Source of the DNA: Leptospiraceae bacterium
GTDB taxonomy: Bacteria; Spirochaetota; Leptospiria; Leptospirales; Leptonemataceae
Assembly (NCBI GenBank): GCA_040217195.1
Contig: JAVJNR010000005.1
Span: 192,001-256,000 of the forward strand
Reading direction: 5' to 3'
DNA: 64,000 bases
The notes under the pieces are model-generated. The model was not told where the DNA came from. It ran no database searches and saw only the letters and a program-made list of their open reading frames with translations. Each line of letters starts with the position of its first letter. The first letter of the stretch is position 1. Below are positions 1 to 10,472 of the stretch, one piece after another. A program made the translations under genes and the position numbers.

Positions 1-1380
1 ATCTGCAGGGCGATTTGGATTGCCCCGATCCGATACATAGAATACGCATCCATTCTTTTCTATTGCATCGGATTCATGGAAAGGATTTTGACTCAGTCGC
101 TGCAGAGATCTGGTCTTCCAGTCCAGACGGTATAGATCCGATGTAGCACCAGAAACCCCGGTAAACAGAATGGAATTTCTTTCTGTAAATACAGGATACT
201 GCACCATGTCAAAAGGTAAAGGGATGAATTCCAGTAAATCTCCGTTATCCAGCGATACCTGCGCAATACCCGGTCGGCCTTCTTTGCGAGTCACAAGAAA
301 AATAGTTCCTTCCGGCCCAAAGCTTAAGCGATTTGTAAGCGGATACCATTGTTCGAAGTCCGGTGAACGAAGCTGTCGCAGAATAAGCATTCGTTGCTGG
401 CGCTTTTCCATGGCCATCCCTGGCTGGCCCACTCGCTGGATAAACAGAGCAGGAAAAATTCCGTCATAACTTAAATAGGCGAAGTACTTTCCATCTGGAG
501 AAAAGACCGGACGCAATTGAAATCCAACTCCATCCATATAACGGAAGGTAAGCCTGGATATTCTACTATCTGATTCCGATGTGGCCATGGCCTTTCCATA
601 CCGAGCCGATAAGAAGTCTCGGTACAGCAAATCGAACGCTCCAGGAGACAGGCCAAAGGCGGATAAAAAAGCTAACTCCAGATCATCCAGTGTCACCAGT
701 TCCTTATAGAAGAAGCCGATCCGCTCTTCGCCAAAGGTCTGGGCCATAAAATGCATTATGGATTGCCCGCCTTTATAGTACATATAGGGATTTACATTTC
801 CAGAATGAAGCTGGGCCAGACCAGGCATTCTATGATGAATCATTAGATCTCGAATTCGAGCATCTGCATCGGCATCCCAGCCAACGGAAAGATATTCGCA
901 CATTCCTTCCATGAGCCAGAGCGGATATCTTCCCGGATTTCCGTCGGCTATGTCGAATTGATAGGCATGGATTATTTCATGGACCAGAACATGTCTTAAC
1001 TTCTGGTAATCCCCGTTAAACGGTAGAACGACCCGATGCCTGGCAAAATCTGTAAACCCACCCGTGGATTCAGATGGCACAATGGGAAGAATCGTTGTGG
1101 CCTGAAAGTCCTGGTCCGAAGGGTAAATAAAGACCTTGATCTTATGACCGATGGAATGTCGCAGAACTTCTTCGATTCGATTGGACTCGGACTCGGCAAT
1201 CCGTCCGGCTTCCAGAGCAAGCAAATAGCTTCCCTTTTGATAATGAATCTGAAACCGATCGGTTTCCAGGATCCTCCATTGCGGAGGATTCAAAGAGATT
1301 TTTTGCTGCGCCGCCAGGGCTCCAGGCAAGATCAATACCCCGAGAATCAGCAATGCGACAAAATCCTTGACCCTCTGCAT
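1..1380 (-). CDS. Exported peptidase MA-like (gluzincin) protein with PD40/TolB-like beta-propeller repeats; 3' end lies outside the window
   Basis: Not in the ORF track because it has no stop in the window. Manual translation from ATG 1380 gives a signal peptide (MQRVKDFVALLILGVLILPGALAAQ), an HEIIH zinc motif followed by PLWLMEG, then PD40-like segments (PVFSPDGKYFAYLS, SDLYRLD). Confidence 0.75.
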   Translation of the reverse strand, partial: MQRVKDFVALLILGVLILPGALAAQQKISLNPPQWRILETDRFQIHYQKGSYLLALEAGRIAESESNRIEEVLRHSIGHKIKVFIYPSDQDFQATTILPIVPSESTGGFTDFARHRVVLPFNGDYQKLRHVLVHEIIHAYQFDIADGNPGRYPLWLMEGMCEYLSVGWDADADARIRDLMIHHRMPGLAQLHSGNVNPYMYYKGGQSIMHFMAQTFGEERIGFFYKELVTLDDLELAFLSAFGLSPGAFDLLYRDFLSARYGKAMATSESDSRISRLTFRYMDGVGFQLRPVFSPDGKYFAYLSYDGIFPALFIQRVGQPGMAMEKRQQRMLILRQLRSPDFEQWYPLTNRLSFGPEGTIFLVTRKEGRPGIAQVSLDNGDLLEFIPLPFDMVQYPVFTERNSILFTGVSGATSDLYRLDWKTRSLQRLSQNPFHESDAIEKNGCVFYVSDRGNPNRPAD

Positions 1381-1414
1381 GGGCGAGCCTTTTCTCCTAT
1401 TCGTCCCTCTCTCT

Positions 1415-3580
1415 ATGGATAAGAAATGGTACATTCTTGCTGGACTGACGCTCATACTGCTGCTGGGCGGCTGGCTTTCCATCCCTTTACTGGAGTCCCG
1501 CCTTCAAACCTCCCTGGAAGAAATGAATCTGGAGACCCAGATTCAAAAGGAGCTGGAGACCACCGGACTCAGGCTCACATTCCAGGGAAAGAGATTTGAA
1601 CTACGTCACGGACTGATTCTCAAGGGAGCCAGACTGGAGAAAGAAGAAAACGGCCGTTTCCATGAAGTGGCCCATTTCAGAGATCTGGTTCTGGACATAT
1701 CCTATCTGGCCTGGCTAACCGGCGGCCAACCTCTAAGAAGTATCCGAAGCTATAATGGTAGGCTTTTCTCTGACAAACTACTGAGCCATAGATCTGGCTC
1801 CTTTCTGGAAGAACTACGTACCCTTCTGGAATCTCGTAACCTGGAAATCCATCTTCAGAATATGGCCTGGGAATCCTCCGGAAATACATTGCAATCGGGC
1901 ATACTGGCTGATTTCAACCTGGAGCCAGAAGAATCCGGCCTGGATCTGGATTTTAGATTCTATGGAGACAGCGGAGAAATCCGATTCCATGGAACATTGA
2001 ACAAAGAAGATCGACGTATTTTTATCACTCTCTCTGAAGTACCGCTGAAATTACTGATGGATTTCATGCGAACTTCAGATTCAGTTCCTTCGCTTCAAAT
2101 CCTGCCTTCCTGGACTGGAGTGCGCGGAGAACTGAATGGTAAAGGAAGCATGGACCTGCAGACTCCAGGTACGGCTATTAATCTAAAAGGGCAATTCCAT
2201 AGTTTGAATCTGGATGGAGGAGAACCCCTAGGTCTGCGGTTTCGGAATCTGGAAGGAGATTACCATTTTACACAGGTTCATTCCTATAAGAAAGGAGTTC
2301 TGAAAGCGGACGTTAGCATCCAGGCAGCACCATTTATGGAACTCACCCTGGCCTACAGTAAGGAAGAGGACGGTCTACCAAATTCCACACATATTTCCGG
2401 TACCATGCAACTGCAGGATATGCGCGACGATAGTACCACTTCCATTTACAACACGTTGATCCATTGTAACGGATTAATAGAGTTTGATGTTGGGGCCAGA
2501 TATAATGAATCCCTGAGCCGCATCGATCTCGATCCAGAAATCAAATTACAGAATTTCCAGATCTTTCCTCCCCGGACCTGGCCTGGAGGCCAGGAATCGC
2601 TGGCGAACATTGACTTGCACCTGGATCCTTCGAGTAACCGGCTTTCTGGTAAAGGAACCATTCTGGATGCATCGTTCTTAATGGACTCCACCGGATCTGT
2701 GGAATTAGTAAAGGTGGGCCAAGGGCAGCTTCGTCTTGTACAGAATCTGGATCACTCGATTACAATTGATGGCCTATCCTATCGTAGACTTACAGAGCTA
2801 TTGATTCATTCCCATGCCTGGATCCTGGATCGGGCATCCAGACCGGATGCGAAAAAAGCAGAAGATCAGGGCCCGCTCTGGGAGAATGAATTCATCGATA
2901 TGCCACTCTACACACAGCTTCTGGCAGGCCTGAACCTTAAGGGTCAAATCAAGCTGGTGAACCTCAAAGGAGCCACCGGGCTGCCTCAAAAAGCTACTCT
3001 AAGACTTTCTTCCAACCCTCAAAACTTCAATCTGACTCTGGATGAGGACCGGGGTGAACCAGGATTGCTTCGCGGACGGTACATGGGTGTCTGGAATGAG
3101 CAACTGCCCAGCCATACGATTAGCTTAAACATCAAGCAAAAGCAAATCAATGTGGATTGGCCCGGGCTTACAGGAAAGAAGGGACCATCCGCCATTAGCA
3201 TCGATGCTAATTTCAGTTCCAGCGGTTTGTATCCCGCCGACATAATGAACTACAGCAACGGTAACATGTATTTTGAAGCCAGGGATATGGACATCAAAGC
3301 TTTTGCTCCATTCGAACTTGCGTTGAAGATGCTGGGTAAGCCCATTCCAGAAGGACCTGTCATAGGCGACATCGAAGTTGTTCGTTCAGGAACCGGGCAG
3401 CAAATCGAATACTATCGCATTGTAGTAGAAACAGAAGATATGGTTGCCCGAGGTGGCGGCAGTTACACAATCTACGAAGGTGGCAATACCTGGCTGAATG
3501 TAGCCATGGATGGCACACAGGAAAAGCTAAACTTTCAGATTCAGAAAAATGGAAAATGGCTACCCGACGATGGCCTTTGA
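1415..3580 (+). CDS. AsmA-like membrane-anchored beta-rich periplasmic protein
   Basis: Single N-terminal TM helix (WYILAGLTLILLLGGWL), then about 700 aa of alternating beta-strand pattern. The C-terminus resembles AsmA_2 (IEYYRIVVETEDMVARGGGSY). ATG 1415 preferred over TTG 1367. Confidence 0.5.
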   Translation: MDKKWYILAGLTLILLLGGWLSIPLLESRLQTSLEEMNLETQIQKELETTGLRLTFQGKRFELRHGLILKGARLEKEENGRFHEVAHFRDLVLDISYLAWLTGGQPLRSIRSYNGRLFSDKLLSHRSGSFLEELRTLLESRNLEIHLQNMAWESSGNTLQSGILADFNLEPEESGLDLDFRFYGDSGEIRFHGTLNKEDRRIFITLSEVPLKLLMDFMRTSDSVPSLQILPSWTGVRGELNGKGSMDLQTPGTAINLKGQFHSLNLDGGEPLGLRFRNLEGDYHFTQVHSYKKGVLKADVSIQAAPFMELTLAYSKEEDGLPNSTHISGTMQLQDMRDDSTTSIYNTLIHCNGLIEFDVGARYNESLSRIDLDPEIKLQNFQIFPPRTWPGGQESLANIDLHLDPSSNRLSGKGTILDASFLMDSTGSVELVKVGQGQLRLVQNLDHSITIDGLSYRRLTELLIHSHAWILDRASRPDAKKAEDQGPLWENEFIDMPLYTQLLAGLNLKGQIKLVNLKGATGLPQKATLRLSSNPQNFNLTLDEDRGEPGLLRGRYMGVWNEQLPSHTISLNIKQKQINVDWPGLTGKKGPSAISIDANFSSSGLYPADIMNYSNGNMYFEARDMDIKAFAPFELALKMLGKPIPEGPVIGDIEVVRSGTGQQIEYYRIVVETEDMVARGGGSYTIYEGGNTWLNVAMDGTQEKLNFQIQKNGKWLPDDGL

Positions 3581-3612
3581 TACTTCCCTGTGAGGGTTTC
3601 CACTTGATTTCA

Positions 3613-4008
3613 ATGAGAGCCATTCAAAGATCTTATTTGCTCAAGCGCATTGCTGCCAGCCTGGTTGCCTCCCTGCTGGTGTTTGCTCTGACCGGCCACT
3701 GCTCCGAAGAATCTCCGGAAGAATACATGGAATCCATCAAGAAGGATCCTGGTGATTATGCCGGTCATTATTCCCTGCAGCCCTCCCGGACGGAGCACTC
3801 TGTTATCCTGCAGGAAGATGGCACAGCCATCAGCGAAAGGGATGGTCGCAAGCAACTGGGATTTGTTCAGCGGGATACTCGAATGCTGCGAATCTACCTC
3901 GAGGATCGGAATCGACCCACAGGCATATTTCTACTGTCCGATTACAATCCTACAGACTGGCGGGGAATGTGGAATGGCGCGGTCCGCATTCTACGAAAAC
4001 AGCCCTGA
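3613..4008 (+). CDS. Hypothetical exported protein, probable lipoprotein
   Basis: Basic N-terminus, hydrophobic stretch and GHC lipobox-like site; ATG 3613 chosen within ORF 3556..4008. Confidence 0.6.
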   Translation: MRAIQRSYLLKRIAASLVASLLVFALTGHCSEESPEEYMESIKKDPGDYAGHYSLQPSRTEHSVILQEDGTAISERDGRKQLGFVQRDTRMLRIYLEDRNRPTGIFLLSDYNPTDWRGMWNGAVRILRKQP

Positions 4009-4183
4009 GATACTGACTTCGATTCAGGCTTGCCAGTAGGCTTCCGTTTCAGCACATCCTGAAAACCCATATCTCTGCAATTTTTATGCTAAATACACAT
4101 ATTTATGGATTTTTTTGCCCGGATCGCAGGGGGAAAGAATCAAGCCGTGTTGCAGCCATCCAGGGAAGCTGTACATCGGCACT

Positions 4184-4612
4184 GTGCCTTCGGCCTACGA
4201 TAAACTTCTGCTGGAACTGATCTCTCGCTTTGGCCAGGACGTAAAGCTATACCGGGAAAATCGAGGCCTGCGGATGTCCGATGCTGCAGAGGATCTGCGA
4301 AAGCGATATGGACTGAAGATCGATCAGAGCTATCTTTCGCGCATCGAATCAGGCCAGGTGGATATAAAGTTGAAGCACTTCCTGGCACTGGCAGATTATC
4401 TTCAGCTGGATATTTCTTCTCTGGTGGCCTCCTTAACGGCTCCTTCAGGAATCGAATATATAGCCCGAGATCCATATGTTTTTCGTTCATTGATCCGACT
4501 CAGGGAAGAACTGGGGCCGGAGGATGCACTACAAACCCTGAATCAGTTTTTCGAATGGATGGAAGATTACGATTCCCGTCGCAAAAGGAATGGAGGGAAA
4601 AAGAAGAACTGA
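4184..4612 (+). CDS. XRE-family helix-turn-helix transcriptional regulator
   Basis: FGQDVKLYRENRGL...IDQSYLSRIESGQVDI is the HTH_3 pattern. GTG 4184 chosen because of the upstream promoter geometry. Confidence 0.8.
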   Translation: MPSAYDKLLLELISRFGQDVKLYRENRGLRMSDAAEDLRKRYGLKIDQSYLSRIESGQVDIKLKHFLALADYLQLDISSLVASLTAPSGIEYIARDPYVFRSLIRLREELGPEDALQTLNQFFEWMEDYDSRRKRNGGKKKN

Positions 4613-4659
4613 ATTGCTCTTGACTGGATGGTGGAAGCAAGCACCCCTGATCCGTTCTC

Positions 4660-5286
4660 ATGAAGTTCCGGGACGCCTTCCAGGAAAAATATCTCACATT
4701 GAGCAACTTTCTCTCGGTGAGTCGTGTACTTCTGGTCCCTCCTTTTCTGTACCTGGGGCATGCATTTAGCCGCACTCCGAACAATTTGTCTTTGCTCTAC
4801 GGTCTGTTGATCATAGTCTTTGTGGCCGTGCTCACCGACTTCCTGGATGGATTTCTGGCTCGCAGATGGAACCAGGTAACCATGGTTGGACAGTATCTGG
4901 ATCCAATTTGTGATAAGATTGTAACCCTCGCTGCGCTAACTCTGCTTCTGGTGGATTTCGATTTTCCCATCTGGATCTATGCATTTTACTGGTTACGAGA
5001 AGTGGCCGGGGTCTGGGCCGGAACATTTCTGTACTTCAAAAGAGACATTCAGGGTAAGCCCAATATCTGGGGCAAAATAGGGGTCTTTGTAGTTGGCCTC
5101 TGCACAACCTGGTATCTACTCAATCCATTTCTCAAGCAGTATCTGGCAGCGGAGCACTGGCTCACCCATCCTGTGATTTCAGCCTACCTGCTGGCACTGG
5201 TGCTGGTTCTGGGAATTATTTCCTATGCCAGGGATTATGGTAAACTTGTGTTCAGACCGGACTCCATTGAGGACCGAAAAGAGTAG
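4660..5286 (+). CDS. pgsA: CDP-alcohol phosphatidyltransferase (PgsA-like)
   Basis: Signature TDFLDGFLARRWNQVTMVGQYLDPICDK; multiple TM helices. Confidence 0.8.
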   Translation: MKFRDAFQEKYLTLSNFLSVSRVLLVPPFLYLGHAFSRTPNNLSLLYGLLIIVFVAVLTDFLDGFLARRWNQVTMVGQYLDPICDKIVTLAALTLLLVDFDFPIWIYAFYWLREVAGVWAGTFLYFKRDIQGKPNIWGKIGVFVVGLCTTWYLLNPFLKQYLAAEHWLTHPVISAYLLALVLVLGIISYARDYGKLVFRPDSIEDRKE

Positions 5287-5324
5287 AATCCCAAATTCTT
5301 TTCCTCCTGCCATATTTCTTTCAC

Positions 5325-5353
5325 TTGACGCCTGTATAGTGCACGATAATGCT
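5325..5353 (+). promoter_or_regulatory. Putative sigma70 promoter of recA-argC (TTGACG-N17-AATGCT)
   Basis: Near-consensus -35 at 5325-5330; -10 of the xAxxxT type seen at other promoters in this window. Confidence 0.45.
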
Positions 5354-5535
5354 TCTTTATGTCACAGGGCTGATTTAGAGTGGAATCATCCGCAGGGGTC
5401 AGACCTATGGAATTCATACTTCGGAAATACGTAGGATGAGTCTATACTGAATAAAATCAGGGACAAATAGTCTGTAGCTGACCCGAAAGGTAACCGGCCA
5501 GAGGCCGGATCAGAAACTTCAGCAAGGAAATCAAA

Positions 5536-6657
5536 ATGGCAAAGAAGAAAGTAGAGAAGATCAATCTGGACAAGAAGCCCGAAAAGAATGAGCGGGCCCA
5601 GGCTGTAGAAGGAGCCATCCAGCAAATCGAAAAGCAATTTGGAAAGGGCTCTATTATGAAGCTGGGCGACAATTCAGTTCGTGCAGAAATGGGCTTCATC
5701 CCCACAGGTGCCATGACTCTGGACTTTGCCCTGGGCCTGGGCGGATTCCCTCGCGGTCGAATCGTAGAAATCTACGGACCAGAGTCTTCAGGAAAAACCA
5801 CTCTCTGTCTTTCTGCTGTGGCCAATGCGCAGCGTAGCGGTGGAATTGCTGCCTTTGTAGATGCGGAGCATGCTCTGGACCCCAGTTTTGCCACACGTCT
5901 TGGCGTAAACATAGATGATCTTCTGGTTGCTCAACCGGATAACGGCGAGGAGGCTCTGGAAATTACGGAATCTCTGGTGCGTTCCAATGCTGTGGATGTT
6001 ATCGTTGTGGACTCTGTGGCGGCCCTGGTGCCCCGCTCGGAACTGGAAGGTAACATGGGCGATGCACAGATGGGTTTGCATGCAAGGCTTATGAGCCAGG
6101 CAATGCGCAAGCTTACAGGCACTATCTCAAAATCAAATACCACTATCATATTCGTAAATCAAATCAGAAACAAGATTGGAGTGATGTTCGGCTCCCCGGA
6201 AACCACCACAGGCGGAAATGCACTGAAGTTTTATGCATCCGTTCGTCTGGATATTCGCAGAATCGAAACCCTGAAAAAAGGAGATAGTCCCTTTGGAAAC
6301 CGAGTTCGAGTGAAGGTAGTTAAAAACAAAGTGGCTCCTCCTTTCCGTCAGGCTGAATTTGATATTCTATTCGATTCGGGTATTAATCGCGAAGGTTGTA
6401 TTCTGGACCTTTCTCTGGAACATGGCCTCATTGAGCGTTCTGGAACATGGTACTCCCATCAGAGCAACCGAATTGGACAGGGCCGCGATAATGCATGTAA
6501 CTTTCTAAAAGAGAATCCTGATATCATGGAAGAGCTGGATACAGCTCTGCGCAAGATACTGAAGGAAATGCGCGCACCGGCCAAAGCAAAAGAGGAAGCT
6601 GTACCGGAAGTAGATCCAGAAACAGGCGAAATCCTGAATGAGGAAGCCGCTGGATGA
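5536..6657 (+). CDS. recA: Recombinase RecA
   Basis: Walker [36 protein letters not shown]. Confidence 0.99.
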   Translation: MAKKKVEKINLDKKPEKNERAQAVEGAIQQIEKQFGKGSIMKLGDNSVRAEMGFIPTGAMTLDFALGLGGFPRGRIVEIYGPESSGKTTLCLSAVANAQRSGGIAAFVDAEHALDPSFATRLGVNIDDLLVAQPDNGEEALEITESLVRSNAVDVIVVDSVAALVPRSELEGNMGDAQMGLHARLMSQAMRKLTGTISKSNTTIIFVNQIRNKIGVMFGSPETTTGGNALKFYASVRLDIRRIETLKKGDSPFGNRVRVKVVKNKVAPPFRQAEFDILFDSGINREGCILDLSLEHGLIERSGTWYSHQSNRIGQGRDNACNFLKENPDIMEELDTALRKILKEMRAPAKAKEEAVPEVDPETGEILNEEAAG

Positions 6658-7703
6658 TTCCTGTTTCCATATTTGGAGGTGCCGGGCTCACCGGGCGAGA
6701 GCTACTAACCTGGCTGAGGCATCACCCTCAGGCCAGGCCGGTATTCGTTACATCTGATCAGCATGCCGGGTCCACAGTTGAGCAGGTATTTCCGGAGATC
6801 ACTGAATTTCCGGACCTAAAATTCTCCCGACATTCCGATTCCTGCCCGGCTGAATCCGTGGCCTTTCTGGCCACTCCGAACAAAACCAGCATGGATCTGG
6901 TTCCCCGTTTGCTGGACCAGGGCCTGAAGGTAATTGATCTCAGTGGTAGCTTTCGCATTCCAGATAAGGAATTGTTCGAACAGTACTACGGTCTGGAGCA
7001 TAGCTCGTTTTCTACAATCAACGAAGCGGTATATGGCATGCCTGAACTATTCCGCGAGCAAATCAAGACCGCTCGATTCGTATCCAACCCTGGCTGCTAT
7101 CCCACAGGCTCCATTCTACCGCTATTTTTTCTGGGCGAGAATCGCAAGGATGTGCGACAGGTAATCGTTGATGCAAAATCCGGAGTTTCTGGAGCTGGCG
7201 GCCGAACGGAAGATTCTGGATTTGCCTTTCAGAATGTGTATGAGAACTTTCGTGCCTACAAAGTATTGAAACATCAACATACCCCGGAAATTCAGATCTA
7301 TTCAAGAAAGGATATGGAACGCTTTCGCAGTCCAGAAGAGTCTGCAAACAGTCCGGCTCTGGTTTTTACTCCGCATCTGCTTCCCATGTATCGAGGTATA
7401 CTATCCACTATTGCCATAGAATGGAAATCCTCAGCTCCAGCGGATCTGGACCAGATTTACCGGGAAGCAGCGTCCCGGGAGCCATTCCTCCGCTTCCTGG
7501 ATACTCCGGAGCAGGTAGATCTTCGCAGAGTGCAGCATACCAATTTTCTGGATTTTGGAGTACGTACAATGGGTAATATCTCCATCGTTGTTTCTGCTAT
7601 TGACAATCTGGTAAAAGGTGCTGCCGGTCAGGCAATCCAGAATATGAATCTAATGCTTGGTCTGGATGAAAGGGCGGGTCTGCTGGAGAATCGGCCAGGT
7701 TAG
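6654..7703 (+). CDS. argC: N-acetyl-gamma-glutamyl-phosphate reductase
   Basis: [45 protein letters not shown] overlap with recA. Confidence 0.97.
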   Translation: MIPVSIFGGAGLTGRELLTWLRHHPQARPVFVTSDQHAGSTVEQVFPEITEFPDLKFSRHSDSCPAESVAFLATPNKTSMDLVPRLLDQGLKVIDLSGSFRIPDKELFEQYYGLEHSSFSTINEAVYGMPELFREQIKTARFVSNPGCYPTGSILPLFFLGENRKDVRQVIVDAKSGVSGAGGRTEDSGFAFQNVYENFRAYKVLKHQHTPEIQIYSRKDMERFRSPEESANSPALVFTPHLLPMYRGILSTIAIEWKSSAPADLDQIYREAASREPFLRFLDTPEQVDLRRVQHTNFLDFGVRTMGNISIVVSAIDNLVKGAAGQAIQNMNLMLGLDERAGLLENRPG

Positions 7704-7759
7704 CTCATTTAAGTCAGTACCGGTCCAGAGATCCGGATTAATAGTCGACCCGAATAGAA

Positions 7760-8443
7760 TCACATCAGCTCGTCTATAAAATCCTCCAGATTCGTTTCCC
7801 TTCCAAAAAGAACCAGAATATCGTTGGATTTAATGATGGTCTTTCCGTCCGGAATACCGATGAATTCTTGCTTTTCCGTAGGACGTTCTGGGTCTTCCGC
7901 TCTTCGCACAGTTACTATACTAATATTAAAGCGCTTTTTCAGGTTTGCTCCATTCAGGCTCATCCCAACAAGAGCCGGTGGTGCCTCCACTTCGAATAAT
8001 CTGTAACCCTCTTCGAGAAACATGCTGCGTTTGATGGATGGATGGGCAAACTGCTCGGCCATATTCTCGGCAGCCCTTTCCTCGGGATTGAACAGCTCTT
8101 TCACACCCATCATCTCCAGGATTCTCTTATGCAGTCCCGTGCGATATCGGACAATAAGCTGGCCGTTAAAGACACGACGCAAAATGTCAGCAGTCACTAT
8201 CAGAGTTTCAAAGCTCTGGGCCGCGGACAGTATAACAGTATCCATCTGGTCCACTCCCTGGGATCGCAGAGCCTTTTCATCGGTGGAGTTTAAACACACC
8301 GCATGGGTGCACCTGGTCTTAATCGCTTCTATGGTAGGCAAATCATGATCGATGGCTGTCACTTCATGGCCTTCCTCATGCAGATGCTTCACCAGAGCCT
8401 TGCCAAAATCTCCCAGACCAATTACCGCTATTTTTTTTCTCAT
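7760..8443 (-). CDS. trkA: TrkA/KtrA-family K+ uptake regulatory subunit (RCK_N + RCK_C)
   Basis: IAVIGLGDFG Rossmann motif; C-terminal TrkA_C (DILVLFG); follows the TrkH gene. Confidence 0.9.
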   Translation of the reverse strand: MRKKIAVIGLGDFGKALVKHLHEEGHEVTAIDHDLPTIEAIKTRCTHAVCLNSTDEKALRSQGVDQMDTVILSAAQSFETLIVTADILRRVFNGQLIVRYRTGLHKRILEMMGVKELFNPEERAAENMAEQFAHPSIKRSMFLEEGYRLFEVEAPPALVGMSLNGANLKKRFNISIVTVRRAEDPERPTEKQEFIGIPDGKTIIKSNDILVLFGRETNLEDFIDELM

Positions 8444-8563
8444 CTCTTTAGCCTCATCTGCCGCTGATCTCTACCTCTTATGCAGGTCTTCACGGTCTGC
8501 ATCATTTTGCTATTCCAGGCTTCGGACGAATTCATTGAGCTACATTCCTGGTTATAAGAAGTC

Positions 8564-10375
8564 TCATCCAACTACAATGTACTCCGTGGGATACCGATAA
8601 TTCACCTGTCTGGCCCGGGGAACAATGGCCAGCAAAAATGTCATAGAACCTACCCGGCCAACAAACATTACAATACAGAGCACCGCCTTTCCTTCCGAGG
8701 AGATGGACGAAGTGATTCCCCTGGACAAACCCACAGTTCCAAAAGCAGATACCACTTCAAAGATAATATCCAGGAAGGGCTCGCTTTCCAGAAAAAGTAA
8801 AGTGAAGATTGCGGCAAATATGGAGAAGAAAGAAAGCAACACCGTAGAATAGGCACGGGCCACGGTATCTGCCGAAACGGTCCTTCCGAAGACTTCCACT
8901 CTCTGTTTACCTCGGATCAGATTCATTATATGGACTGCAGCGACACTGATGGTGGAAGTCTTGATCCCTCCGCCAGTACTCACCGGACTGGCGCCTATCC
9001 ACATTAATAGGAATGTAAAGAATACTGTATGAAGCGAAAGGCTTGCTGTAGACAGTGTTTCAAAACCGGCCGTTCTTGTGGTAACAGAATAGAATAAACT
9101 GTGCATCCATGCCTCTCCGGTTTCCATCCCGGCAAGCAATCCGTCCTGCTCCATCAGATAGAATGCCAGGCAACCAGCGAATAAAAGTACGATTGTTGCA
9201 ATTAAGACAAGTCGGGTACCTACATTGAAGCGAAAATGAACACTGGCAGGATGCCTGATTCTCAAAAACAATGCGCGAAGCACCGGAAAGCCCAGACCGC
9301 CCAGGACAATCAATACCATGAAGGTAGCCATGGAATAGCCTGGGGCCCTGGATACAGAGATCAAACTATCATCAAATAGTGAAAACCCGGCATTACAGAA
9401 AGCAGAGATACTGTGAAAAATGGAATGAAACCATCGGCTTTCGAAATTTCCCATATTTTCGGGAAGCGAACTGTACAGTGAAGCAGCGCCAATACCTTCA
9501 ATGGTAAATGTAAACAGCGCCACAGATCGAACAATCTTTCTCACCTCTCCAAGACTGTCTTCACTTAGAAGATCCCGCATCAATAGCTGCTCGGATAGAC
9601 TATGCCCCCCGGCAAGAAATAAAGAAAAGAAGGAGGTCAAGGTCATCAATCCCAGACCGCCAATCTGAATTAGAACCAGAATTACGATCTGGCCAGAAAA
9701 GGTAAACTCCCGGGAAATATCCACAGGTGATAAGCCGGTAACGCAGGTGGCGCTCACTGCAATGAAGATTCTATCGACTGAAGATACATCCCCCACTGTG
9801 AATCTGGGTAGTGATAACAATGCGAATCCACACAGTATGACGAAGATGAAACTGCCCATGAAAATCATGGCCGGATTAACTCTCAGAAATCGCAAGGCCT
9901 GAACTCGACGAACCAGGTGAATCAGATTATTAAGAACAAACAGGGCCTGGCTAATGGCCAGAAATAGCAGTACGGCCGTGGTTGAAGTGAAACCCCGGGC
10001 ATCCAGATAGGAAATAAGAGGATCGCGAAAAATCCACTGAAAGATGACAAGGCCGGCCAGACCAATTTCCAGCTTATGAGCACGAAGATGCTCTCGAACA
10101 GTTGGACGAGCAAAAAGCAGGCTAATCAGTTCGTAGGCCACAAGTACTGCCAGAATGGACTCCGTAGCCACGGTGGCCAACTTTCGATGCTGCTCATCAA
10201 TTCCAAAGCCTATTTCCAGTACAAGTATTGCCCCGGAGCCCAGGCCCGCCAGGAGGAAGATCCAGCGAAAAAGAGGATGCAAATGATGATGATAATGACT
10301 CCTACTGGAGTAGTAGAGCCTCCGGAGGGCCGAAAGGGAGCGAGACAGATCGCGGCGCAACCGAAAAATCCTCAT
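8564..10375 (-). CDS. trkH: TrkH/KtrB-family K+ uptake membrane protein with extra N-terminal TM region
   Basis: Pore motifs SATCVTGL, SAFCNAGF, TTRTAGF, STGGGIKT, SAFGTVGLS. Confidence 0.92.
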   Translation of the reverse strand: MRIFRLRRDLSRSLSALRRLYYSSRSHYHHHLHPLFRWIFLLAGLGSGAILVLEIGFGIDEQHRKLATVATESILAVLVAYELISLLFARPTVREHLRAHKLEIGLAGLVIFQWIFRDPLISYLDARGFTSTTAVLLFLAISQALFVLNNLIHLVRRVQALRFLRVNPAMIFMGSFIFVILCGFALLSLPRFTVGDVSSVDRIFIAVSATCVTGLSPVDISREFTFSGQIVILVLIQIGGLGLMTLTSFFSLFLAGGHSLSEQLLMRDLLSEDSLGEVRKIVRSVALFTFTIEGIGAASLYSSLPENMGNFESRWFHSIFHSISAFCNAGFSLFDDSLISVSRAPGYSMATFMVLIVLGGLGFPVLRALFLRIRHPASVHFRFNVGTRLVLIATIVLLFAGCLAFYLMEQDGLLAGMETGEAWMHSLFYSVTTRTAGFETLSTASLSLHTVFFTFLLMWIGASPVSTGGGIKTSTISVAAVHIMNLIRGKQRVEVFGRTVSADTVARAYSTVLLSFFSIFAAIFTLLFLESEPFLDIIFEVVSAFGTVGLSRGITSSISSEGKAVLCIVMFVGRVGSMTFLLAIVPRARQVNYRYPTEYIVVG

Positions 10376-10472
10376 ATCACCAGAGAGCAATACCCGGTAT
10401 CAGGTGTCATCTTTTCTCTTGCCATTCGGTGTCCGGGGATGCACCTTGTCAGAGATGTTAAAAGAGGGCTTC

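Noticed and set aside
4084..4094. TTATGCTAAAT, resembling a dif XerD arm
   Set aside because: No XerC-like arm at the required spacing.
5331..5347. Possible SOS box (CTGTATA...) in the recA promoter
   Set aside because: Only a half-site of CTGT-N8-ACAG is present, and there is no TTTG-N5-CAAA leptospiral-type box.
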